Assembly: GCA_043753995.1 (NCBI GenBank)
Contig: JAYUVP010000258.1
Location: 1-14,619, forward strand
Source: Fibrobacterota bacterium
Lineage (GTDB): Bacteria > Fibrobacterota > Fibrobacteria > UBA11236
DNA length: 14,619 nt
Direction: 5' to 3'
Both the position numbers and the translations under genes were made by a program. Within the stretch, counting starts at the first letter, position 1, and the number at the start of each line of letters is the position of its first letter. Below, piece by piece: positions 1 to 7,871 of the stretch. Under the pieces are notes generated by a model, which searched no databases, was not told where the DNA came from, and saw nothing but the letters and a program-made list of their open reading frames with translations.

Positions 1-432
1 GCCATTCGGCAAGGTACCCAGCAAAATCAGGGCATCGTACCGGCCTCCTGCCTGTGCCTGCTTGAGTAAGGTGGCGGCCCAGGAAGGCTGATAGTCCACA
101 GCAAAGGGCTCGATGATTTCGGTCACTTGGTTTTTGTTTTCATCCCGTAAGGTAAGGCAATGCCTTGTCTCGCCTTCGACCCAGAGATGCAAACTGATAA
201 TGCCGTGGCGTTCGCAATCCGCCAAGCATCGCTTCCCCATTTCCCCTGCGAGAACTTGCATCAAGGTGACATGATGGCCTGCCTTAGCCAGGAGGCGAGC
301 GCAATTGATCCCCTTGCCCGAAGCCAAGGTCACTGAGCTTTTGGCGCGATTCACCTCGCCAGGCTTAAGTTCCTCTAGAGAAATAATGCTTTGCCATGCC
401 GGATTCATACCGACGACGAGTATTCGCGCCAT
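1..432 (-). CDS. PfkB/1-phosphofructokinase-family hexose kinase, N-terminal 144 codons (runs off the window edge)
   Basis: Absent from the ORF track because no stop lies in the window; translated by hand from ATG at 432: MARILVVGMNPAWQSIISLEELKPGEVNRAKSSVTLASGKGINCARLLAKAG...GETRHCLTL...TEIIEP...LLGTLPNG. The 'NPA', 'GEVNR', 'xGKGINxAR', 'GETR' and 'GTLP' motifs match the FruK/PfkB/LacC N-terminal half. Confidence 0.88.
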   Translation of the reverse strand, partial: MARILVVGMNPAWQSIISLEELKPGEVNRAKSSVTLASGKGINCARLLAKAGHHVTLMQVLAGEMGKRCLADCERHGIISLHLWVEGETRHCLTLRDENKNQVTEIIEPFAVDYQPSWAATLLKQAQAGGRYDALILLGTLPNG

Positions 433-474
433 GCTGGCGGATAAAATAACCGAATGAAGGAAAGGTGTAAGAGC

Positions 475-2682
475 TCAGCCGTGGGCAGGCTGGCCGGCGC
501 TTTGCTGCACCTTTTGGCCGATTTGAGAGAATAGGCTGACGCGATTGCGACCGGTTTGCTTGCTGTGATACATGGCCTTATCCGCGCTGTCGATGAGTTG
601 TTGCTTGGTCTGAACATCGGTGGGAAAGGTGGCACTTCCTATAGAGACCGTGACGCTAAGGACGTTTTCCTCATTTTGCACCTGCATTTCCTCGACGGCA
701 CGGCGCACGCGTTCGGCTAGCATCACGGCCTGCGGTTCGTCGGTTTGAATTAGCACGACCACGAACTCTTCGCCGCCATAGCGCGCGCAAAAATCGGTTC
801 CGCGAATCGAGCCCTGCACGGCGCGAGCCACCATTTTCAAAACCAAGTCGCCCACGGGATGGCCGTATTTATCGTTGAATCCTTTGAAGTGGTCGATGTC
901 CATGAGCAGTAGGGACAAAGGACTTCCGTAGCGTCCGGCCCGCTCTAATTCCTTGCTGAGGACTTCCTGAAAAGTGCGGTGATTGGGTATCTGGGTTAGG
1001 CCGTCTATGGTGGCCTGATTTTCCATTTCCTTATACATGCGCGCTTTGGAAAGCGCCATTTGCACATTGTGCATGATGGTACGCAGCAATTGGAATTCGG
1101 GCTGATCATAGCGTCCGGGCCTATCGCTTTCTATGCCCACTACCGCCCAAAGGAATTGGCGGTCGTCCAGCAATGGGGCCAGAAGTATTTCCGCGGGCCG
1201 ATTTTCCAGTGGTTCTTGCCCTTCAAAGCGCACGGCCGCCGAGTCTTCACGGTATTTCTGAGCCAGCAAAGGGCGGCGATTCCGGAAAACGCTGCCGTAA
1301 ATGCTTTGCGGATGATTGATATCGAATTCCTGGCTTCCCATTTGAATTCCATTAGGGTCAACCACCTTCCACAAATAGCCGCGCTGGGTCGAGGGATTAT
1401 AGCCGCAAAGAATAATGCGGTCGTATTCAAAAGCGCGCCGCAAGGCATAGGTCAGCACGTCGATCACGTCTTCAGGTTTTAAGGATTCGGATAAACGCTT
1501 GGCGATATCGTATTGCATGTCGGCCATCAAAGCCTGGCGATTCATCTGAATACTCATATTCGCATGAGTGATCATGACCGAAGCAATTTGGGTGAAGCGA
1601 TTCATCAATTCCTTATGCTCATCGGAAAAGGCTCGAACATTTTCAGAATCGACCACCAACAATCCCTGAACACGCTTGGACTGCACGTCCATAATGCGCA
1701 TGATCATAATGGAATTGATGTTTTCACTTTTGGTGTAATACTCCAATTTGCCCTTGTAGCCTTTCAGGTTTCCAGTAATGAACCCCCCTGGCTTTTCCAA
1801 GGCTCCGCCGACAATGTCTTCACCGATTGTGGGCACACATTCATAGTCAAAGTTCGGACTTTTAGTCACCACGGCATTGAGGACCAGCTTCTGCCCAGTT
1901 GGATCCACTAAAAAGCCAATCGCACTATAAGCCCTGAAATTGCGGCTCATGAAATACATGACCGAACCCAAAGTCCCTTGTTTTTCCTTTAGCGCCTGCG
2001 CCCCGAGGTTTTCCAGATAGCTTCGATTTAGAACCTGGGATGCAGTAGGATCGCCGCCCTGATCCTCGTTGTTATTGGCGAGCATCACGGACGATTGCCG
2101 CGCCAATTGTGAATTCGATACCGAGGCCGGTGACGGAATAGCTTCGGGTGCGACAGCCGGCGCCGAGGGGACGCGACGACGATAAGCCATGGTTAAAACG
2201 GAAAAGGCCACCGTCAGTCCCAAAGGGAAGGCAAGATCCATCAGCATTTCGGGCAGGGGTTTGCCGGATAATGTTGTCCCTAGACCCGGAATAAGGCCTA
2301 AACCGTCTTGAGCCACTCCCAGAGTCGAAGCGGTAAGTAAGACCAATAAACTGAAGAGGGTATGCAGGGGATGCGCCAAGGTGGCAATTAAGGCCATTCC
2401 GGCAATCAGTATGACAAGGTTGGATCCAACCCCCCATCCGCCCAATATTCGACCGCCCACAACGGTTATGACGACTAATCCCAAAGCATGATGAAAACCG
2501 CCGAGTCGATTGGGGCCCGTACCTTCAAATCGAGTGCATACCACAACATAAAGCGCTTGCAAACAAACCACGCCCATCAAAATTTCCATGTGTGGCCCAT
2601 TGACCCATACCGGAACTACGAAGCCCCCGCACAAGGCACCCAGGAGTCCAAGAAGGGTCAAAACCAAATCTTGTGTGCGCAT
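475..2682 (-). CDS. Membrane-anchored diguanylate cyclase (about 5-6 TM segments + two GAF-like domains + GGDEF)
   Basis: The C-terminus has 'DGLTQIPNHR', 'LLMDIDHFKGFNDKYGHPVGDLVL', 'RGTDFCARYGGEEF' (RxxD I-site five residues before GGEEF), 'VTVSIG' and 'ADKAMYHSKQTGRNRV'. Two GAF-like blocks end in 'GLLVVDSENVRAFSDEH' and 'VVGIESDRPGRYDQPE'. The N-terminal ~170 aa are hydrophobic. ATG 2682 is preferred over the ORF-track TTG 2718; ATG 2703 is also possible. Confidence 0.93.
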   Translation of the reverse strand: MRTQDLVLTLLGLLGALCGGFVVPVWVNGPHMEILMGVVCLQALYVVVCTRFEGTGPNRLGGFHHALGLVVITVVGGRILGGWGVGSNLVILIAGMALIATLAHPLHTLFSLLVLLTASTLGVAQDGLGLIPGLGTTLSGKPLPEMLMDLAFPLGLTVAFSVLTMAYRRRVPSAPAVAPEAIPSPASVSNSQLARQSSVMLANNNEDQGGDPTASQVLNRSYLENLGAQALKEKQGTLGSVMYFMSRNFRAYSAIGFLVDPTGQKLVLNAVVTKSPNFDYECVPTIGEDIVGGALEKPGGFITGNLKGYKGKLEYYTKSENINSIMIMRIMDVQSKRVQGLLVVDSENVRAFSDEHKELMNRFTQIASVMITHANMSIQMNRQALMADMQYDIAKRLSESLKPEDVIDVLTYALRRAFEYDRIILCGYNPSTQRGYLWKVVDPNGIQMGSQEFDINHPQSIYGSVFRNRRPLLAQKYREDSAAVRFEGQEPLENRPAEILLAPLLDDRQFLWAVVGIESDRPGRYDQPEFQLLRTIMHNVQMALSKARMYKEMENQATIDGLTQIPNHRTFQEVLSKELERAGRYGSPLSLLLMDIDHFKGFNDKYGHPVGDLVLKMVARAVQGSIRGTDFCARYGGEEFVVVLIQTDEPQAVMLAERVRRAVEEMQVQNEENVLSVTVSIGSATFPTDVQTKQQLIDSADKAMYHSKQTGRNRVSLFSQIGQKVQQSAGQPAHG

Positions 2683-2717
2683 TTCGCCGCGACTCGCTCC
2701 CATCTGAAAAGGGGCCA

Positions 2718-3836
2718 ATGGCCCGGGGATTTTTGGCTACTATAACATTGGTGACTCCTGGAAATCCAAGCGATCGACTCCTCCTTTATCGGAGTTGGCC
2801 GCGTAGGTTGCTAAATCGCCTCTCCGAATCCAAAAAAAGAAGCCATCTCTGGGGAAAAGCCCTGGCAAGTGCCGGGCCGCCTGCCGTTTTTCATTTACCC
2901 GAGAACCTGCAAAAGGTGTCGCGTTTTTTGGTGATCTGGCCGGATCAACTCAGCCAACTTTTCGCTGTATTCCCAGCGGTGGCTAGCTTGAGACAGGTTT
3001 GGCCGGAATGCCGCCTCTTGCATATTGCGTCACAGGAAGCGGCTCCCTTCTTGATGGCTTTTTTTGAACAAGAATCCGTATTCCCTGTGGCGATTACGGA
3101 TTTGCGCCTCGACGATAAGCATTACCACCAAGTCATTTCCAAATTAAAAGAGTTTCGCAGTGACTTTGCCTTAATGCTGGAACCCTACCCCACGGCTTGG
3201 CATCAACTGCTATTGCAACTGACCGCAAGCAGAATACGCTGCCATTTAGGTTCGTCGATACCCTTTCCCGCCTGTAATTTACAGGTCCAGGGACTGCCTT
3301 CGGAACCTTTATTCCAAATCGCAAGACGCCTAGAACCGATTTTCAAGGGCTGTGCCTTATTGCCCCACGGTTTGGCTTGGATACGCCTTCAGCCCAATAC
3401 AACAGCACGCGAAGAGGCGGGGAAAAAGCTTCAAAAGGCTAAGCTTAAGTCTGGAAATTTATGGGCCTATATTCCGGCCTCACGCTTGGATTCCGGGCCA
3501 GAGCCGCTGATGCTTCAGCGATTGAAACAAAATGAAGGCGAATTCGAAAGCTTTGTTTTGAGCTATGAAACCGAGGCAGGAAATGAAGCTCAAGCGGAAA
3601 CCTTGCCCAATGGTCAAATCCGCTTACCCGTCACCAATTTGACCCAATTGCTGGGCCTCTCGGCCTGGATTCGGGGAGTATTCGGCCCCCCAAGTCCACT
3701 ACTCTATTTACTGAGCCTGACCGATATCGAAATTCGAACTTGGCTGCCAGCCGGGGCATCCGAACTCGACCTATCGGACTTCAATAACCGGTTCCAAGTT
3801 CTTCCCCGCCTGGAACCGATTCGACACCCCCTTTGA
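2718..3836 (+). CDS. Glycosyltransferase family 9 (WaaC/WaaF heptosyltransferase)-like protein with degenerate motifs
   Basis: The pattern follows GT9: 'RFLVIWPDQLSQLFAVFPAVASLRQVWPECRL' (cf. ILVI..saiGDvv..tP.l.aLk..yP.a.I), 'KLKEFRSDFALML' (cf. LR...yDlvid), 'TASRIR' and 'NLTQLLGLSAWIRGVFGPPSPLLYLLSL' (cf. sL.el.ali......vgnDSGpmHlA.a). The start is uncertain (ATG 2718 or GTG 2751). Confidence 0.62.
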   Translation: MARGFLATITLVTPGNPSDRLLLYRSWPRRLLNRLSESKKRSHLWGKALASAGPPAVFHLPENLQKVSRFLVIWPDQLSQLFAVFPAVASLRQVWPECRLLHIASQEAAPFLMAFFEQESVFPVAITDLRLDDKHYHQVISKLKEFRSDFALMLEPYPTAWHQLLLQLTASRIRCHLGSSIPFPACNLQVQGLPSEPLFQIARRLEPIFKGCALLPHGLAWIRLQPNTTAREEAGKKLQKAKLKSGNLWAYIPASRLDSGPEPLMLQRLKQNEGEFESFVLSYETEAGNEAQAETLPNGQIRLPVTNLTQLLGLSAWIRGVFGPPSPLLYLLSLTDIEIRTWLPAGASELDLSDFNNRFQVLPRLEPIRHPL

Positions 3837-3855
3837 AGGCGCGTCGTAACTCAGT

Positions 3856-4935
3856 TTAGAGGTAACCGGCAAGCTTCGGTTTAGCTTGAACTTGCCGCAC
3901 TAACTCCTTGAGGCGCGCTACCTTATCCTTAGGCACGACCAGAGTGACCCCGCCATGCTGAACGATAAGCATGTCTTTGACACCGAAGGTGCAAATCACT
4001 CCGCCATCCGCAAACAGGGTATTGCCTTCCGACTCCAATAGAACCGTTTCGCCCAAGCTGCGATTGCCTTTGGCATCGGCGGCATGCAGCCTATCAAGGG
4101 CTGCCCAAGAACCGATATCATCCCAACGAATTTTAGGCACCACGACTCGGATAGCGTCCGCTTTCTCCATAATGCCATAGTCAATGCTTAAGTCCGGCAG
4201 ATTCGAATAAAGCTTTTTCAATCGTTTGTCGAAATCTTTGGATTTCGGACGCAAGTCGCCAGCCTTTTCAAATGCGGTAGCCAGGGCAGGTTGATGCTTA
4301 CGAAATTGCTCCCACAAATAATCGACGCGCCAGGCGAACATGCCGCTATTCCAAAAAAATCGGCCCGATTGCACATAGGACTGGGCTTTTTCTTGGGTGG
4401 GCTTTTCATGAAAACGCAAGACTTCGTGAACCGGCAAACCTAAGGTTTCTGTAAATGCCTCGCCGCCCTCGATATAGCCAAAGCCGATATCTGGACGTGT
4501 CGGACGAATACCAAAGGTGACCAGACTGTCCCCTTTTTCCGCAACCTTCACGGCCGCCTTGAGGGCCTTTTGAAAATCGGCCGCCGGTCCAATGGCGTGG
4601 TCCGCGGTCAAGACCACCATAACACCTTTAGGATCTTGAGCCTGAATTATTCGGCAGGCCAAGGCCACCGCTGCGGCGGTATTGCGTCCCATGGGCTCGG
4701 CAACCACCTCCACGCCTTTTCTGCCTTTTAGTTTGGCTTTCACCGGCTTTTCGAGATTTTTGCCGATAATGAGGCGCGTTGTGGCATTGCGCGAAAGGCG
4801 GGCGACATGGTCCAGGGTGTCTTCGAGCATGCTTTGCTCAGTAACCAAGGGCAATAGCTGCTTAGGATGCTTGCTATTGCTATAGGGCCAAAAACGCTCG
4901 CCTTTACCGCCAGCCATCACGACGGGATGTATCAT
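3856..4935 (-). CDS. manC: Mannose-1-phosphate guanylyltransferase (monofunctional, no C-terminal cupin/PMI domain)
   Basis: Motifs 'PVVMAGGKGERFWPYS..PKQLL', 'EPMGRNTAAA', 'ADH', 'VTFGIRP..GFGYI', 'FHEKP', 'WNSGMF', 'SIDYGIMEK' and 'WDDIGSW'. A GAGG SD lies upstream of ATG 4935. The 359 aa length is too short for the bifunctional ManC/PMI. Confidence 0.95.
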   Translation of the reverse strand: MIHPVVMAGGKGERFWPYSNSKHPKQLLPLVTEQSMLEDTLDHVARLSRNATTRLIIGKNLEKPVKAKLKGRKGVEVVAEPMGRNTAAAVALACRIIQAQDPKGVMVVLTADHAIGPAADFQKALKAAVKVAEKGDSLVTFGIRPTRPDIGFGYIEGGEAFTETLGLPVHEVLRFHEKPTQEKAQSYVQSGRFFWNSGMFAWRVDYLWEQFRKHQPALATAFEKAGDLRPKSKDFDKRLKKLYSNLPDLSIDYGIMEKADAIRVVVPKIRWDDIGSWAALDRLHAADAKGNRSLGETVLLESEGNTLFADGGVICTFGVKDMLIVQHGGVTLVVPKDKVARLKELVRQVQAKPKLAGYL

Positions 4936-4991
4936 GGGAAATCGCCTCGAAACAAGGGTGAAAAGACCGGGTGTGCCGGGAGTGGAAAAGT

Positions 4992-4999
4992 ATTATAAT
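4992..4999. promoter_or_regulatory. Overlapping divergent -10 hexamers (ATTATAAT) between manC and the PHP gene
   Basis: TATAAT on + (4994-4999) and TATAAT on - (4992-4997) within the 77-bp divergent gap. No convincing -35 on either strand. Confidence 0.45.
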
Positions 5000-5012
5000 C
5001 GGTTGAGAATCC

Positions 5013-5900
5013 ATGAAATCGACGGAATTCGCACGCCAACTTGGCAAAGACAGTCTGCGTCGACGTGAAAACATCGATTTACACATGCATTCCACCTTTT
5101 CGGATGGCATGCTGCCCGTAACCGAGCTCATTAATTTATGCGTTGAGCAAGGACTGGCCGCCATAGCCATCACCGACCACGATAATATTGACAGCTTTGA
5201 AGACGGACGGGACCATGCTAAGCAGGTGGGGATTGAATATCTCCCTGGCGTGGAAATCTCAAGTTGGCAAGATGGAAGCGACATTCATATTCTGGGCTAT
5301 CTCTTCGATCCCACCCATTTGAAATTGAATCGGACTCTGGTGGAATTGCGGGCGAAAAGACGCGAACGCGCCCAGCAAATCATCGAAAGACTTGCCGAAG
5401 TGGGTATTCAAATCAATTTGCAACGAATTCTGGAGCGATCCGGCCATGGTTCGGTGGGACGCGCTCATATCGCCAATCAAATGGTTGAAGAAGAATATGT
5501 GACCAACTTCCAAGAGGCCTTCAATCGCTATTTGGGCAATGATTCTTGCATCATGGGCGAAATCGATAATGCCAAACTTTCCCCCTGCGAAGCCATTCAA
5601 CTTATACATGAAGCGGGTGGCATTCCCGTCCTAGCCCATCCCGCCAAAACGGCCCGCGATGACCTCATCGAACAATTCGTCGATTCGGGATTAATGGGCG
5701 TCGAGGTGTTTTGCCATGGTCACACCCATAATACCTATCAGCGCTACAAGGACTTGGCGCGTCGCTATGATTTGATCCCTTGTGGCGGAGCCGACTTTCA
5801 TGTGAAGCGGGAGGACGGTCGCCATGCTCCAGGCAGCGTCCAAGTCCCTTATGACTCGCTAGATAAATTGCGCAATCGCCAAGTGACTCGTCGAGTCTAA
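5013..5900 (+). CDS. PHP-domain phosphoesterase (YciV/TrpH-like)
   Basis: PHP metal-binding motifs 'DLHMHSTFSDG', 'AITDHD', 'GVEIS', 'HILGY', 'GRAHIA', 'VLAHP', 'GVEV' and 'GGADFH'. Confidence 0.93.
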   Translation: MKSTEFARQLGKDSLRRRENIDLHMHSTFSDGMLPVTELINLCVEQGLAAIAITDHDNIDSFEDGRDHAKQVGIEYLPGVEISSWQDGSDIHILGYLFDPTHLKLNRTLVELRAKRRERAQQIIERLAEVGIQINLQRILERSGHGSVGRAHIANQMVEEEYVTNFQEAFNRYLGNDSCIMGEIDNAKLSPCEAIQLIHEAGGIPVLAHPAKTARDDLIEQFVDSGLMGVEVFCHGHTHNTYQRYKDLARRYDLIPCGGADFHVKREDGRHAPGSVQVPYDSLDKLRNRQVTRRV

Positions 5901-6814
5901 CGCTGACGTCTTAAGACGCCTTGCGCCGACAAAACCCAGATTTGATTGCCAGGTAAATTGTCCCCCAGGGGATCGAGGCCGGCCTTTTCTTGAGCTAAGG
6001 TACGCCGGTTGGGTCCAATGCCGTCCGCGCGTAAATCGAAACGCGAAATCAAAATTTGCGGGCAAAAATCCGATTCCCTTTCCAAACGTCCGCGAAAATT
6101 TTCACGAGCCATCATGCCTTCGAGGCAATGTTGCAATTGGGCATGCATGACATGCCCAGATTCCGAATGCAGGCGAAGCGCGCTGATACCGGTAATTCCC
6201 AGCGAGCCAAGTAAAATGAGTCCCTTGACCCACCAGGAAAGATCCGACTCGACTGGCATAGGTGGCAAGGAATCGGGACGTCTAAGACTACGCAAATCGT
6301 CTAAGGCATCCTTGATTTTCTCTTTGAACCGGGTGCGTCTAAATCGGTAAAGAGACATGAGCCAGTTCAAGGCCAGGACATACCAAAGTCCGTCAAAAAC
6401 AGCCAATAGGGTAATTCGCCTTTCGACCGGGAGAAAGCAGGCTCCCAATCCGCCTAGGGCACAAAGAAACAAGGCCCAATATTTCAAGCCTTTCACCCAG
6501 GACGAATTGGGTCTTACCGAGGGGTCCGACCATGCCCCAGGGCTTAACCCCTGCAATGCCTCGACCATACGTTCCCTAGGTCTTCGTCTCACAAAGCTGT
6601 GAAATCGAGTCAAGGCAATGAAACTGGACCCAAGTAAAATGGCATGCTGCAAAAGGCGAGCGGCATAAGCCAAAGGCTCACCTTCCCAAAAATCCAAGGC
6701 AAATCCTGAGTAGGCTAAGGCAAAAATGAGACAAAACCACCCGAAAAAAGAGGCATGCAAAGAGAAAGGAATAACCGATGTTTGTTGACCACTCTGGAAT
6801 CCGGTCGCTACCAT
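5897..6814 (-). CDS. Hypothetical polytopic membrane protein (about 5 TM + ~90-aa soluble C-terminal domain)
   Basis: A 305-aa ORF fills the gap between the PHP and M23 genes and has five hydrophobic stretches. GAGGTGGAG lies upstream of ATG 6814. Its stop overlaps the PHP stop by 4 bp (CTAA 5897-5900). No family recognised. Confidence 0.7.
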   Translation of the reverse strand: MVATGFQSGQQTSVIPFSLHASFFGWFCLIFALAYSGFALDFWEGEPLAYAARLLQHAILLGSSFIALTRFHSFVRRRPRERMVEALQGLSPGAWSDPSVRPNSSWVKGLKYWALFLCALGGLGACFLPVERRITLLAVFDGLWYVLALNWLMSLYRFRRTRFKEKIKDALDDLRSLRRPDSLPPMPVESDLSWWVKGLILLGSLGITGISALRLHSESGHVMHAQLQHCLEGMMARENFRGRLERESDFCPQILISRFDLRADGIGPNRRTLAQEKAGLDPLGDNLPGNQIWVLSAQGVLRRQR

Positions 6815-6885
6815 TACCCGGTTTCTCCACCTCTAATATGGGACATACTATTCCTCCAAACCTGAAAGACTCACGTCAGGTCTCC

Positions 6886-7839
6886 ATGGCCGACAAAGTC
6901 TTTGCCCGCCTCTTTAGGCTGGCTGCAGGCTTGGATTATACCATCGCGGTGCAGTGGAATAGCCGAACGGCCTCTCGCTTTCATCCTTGGAAGCGCTCCG
7001 TGACCCATGCCGTTCTCGGCGCCCTCCTGTTGGTGGCTGTGGGATGTTGCTGCCTTATCGGTGAAATGGGGATTTGGACTTATCGTCAAGTCGCTTGGAG
7101 TTATGAAAACTCTACCCATGCCGATTTGAACGGTCGTCTTGATAAAGTCAGTCAATTGCAGCGTGGCTTTGAAACCCAACTGGATTCCTTGCGCCATACG
7201 GAATTAAAACTGCGGTCTTTATATGGCATGTCAGCTGGGCAAACCTTGATCCCCTTTGGAGTCGGCGGACGTCGCCCCAAAGCCAAGGATACAGCCACCT
7301 CCAGCGAATTACATGACCGCCTCTTCGCGTCCTCTTTATTAAGCCAAAAGCTGCGTAGCCAATTGCAGTTTTCCACGAATACTCTGGTCAACATTCAAGA
7401 TTTTATCCGATATCGCCAAAAAATTTGGGATCATACCCCGTCGGTGGCTCCAGCGCGCGGCATGCTTTCCAGCGGCTATGGATTCCGCGTTCACCCTGTC
7501 ACGGGCACCTATACCCGACATGAGGGCTTGGACATCGTCGGTGATACTTGGACACCTATCTATGCCCCGGCCAGTGGGCTAATCCTTGTGGCCAGCCCAT
7601 CGGGGTATTACGGGAATTGCGTCGATATAGACCATGGCAATGGCTATATCACACGATTCGGCCATATGAGTCGCCTCATGGTCTCGAAAGGACAGTTAAT
7701 TAAACGATTCGACTTAATCGGTTATATGGGCCGAACCGGGCGCGCAACTGGCACCCACCTCCATTATGAGGTCCACCGCGATGGTCGTCCCATCGATCCG
7801 CAGCAATTCATTTTGCCTTCGGGCATACTGGTAGATTAG
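6886..7839 (+). CDS. M23-family (LytM/NlpD-like) peptidoglycan metallopeptidase with N-terminal TM and coiled coil
   Basis: 'TPSVAPARG.LSSGYGFRVHP', 'HEGLD' (HxxxD), 'GYYGN.V.IDHG', 'TRFGHM', 'GYMGRTGRATGTHLHYEV' (HxH) and 'IDP'. The zinc ligands are intact. Start ATG 6886 is preferred because ORF-track 6778 overlaps the divergent gene; 6838 is possible. Confidence 0.93.
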   Translation: MADKVFARLFRLAAGLDYTIAVQWNSRTASRFHPWKRSVTHAVLGALLLVAVGCCCLIGEMGIWTYRQVAWSYENSTHADLNGRLDKVSQLQRGFETQLDSLRHTELKLRSLYGMSAGQTLIPFGVGGRRPKAKDTATSSELHDRLFASSLLSQKLRSQLQFSTNTLVNIQDFIRYRQKIWDHTPSVAPARGMLSSGYGFRVHPVTGTYTRHEGLDIVGDTWTPIYAPASGLILVASPSGYYGNCVDIDHGNGYITRFGHMSRLMVSKGQLIKRFDLIGYMGRTGRATGTHLHYEVHRDGRPIDPQQFILPSGILVD

Positions 7840-7871
7840 AATCGAGCTGGCTCGTCAGGAGCTAGCTCAAC

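Noticed and set aside
7021..7056. 'LLVAVGCCC' in the M23 protein as a lipobox
   Set aside because: It lies more than 50 residues from any plausible start and is better explained as the end of the TM anchor typical of these M23 proteins.
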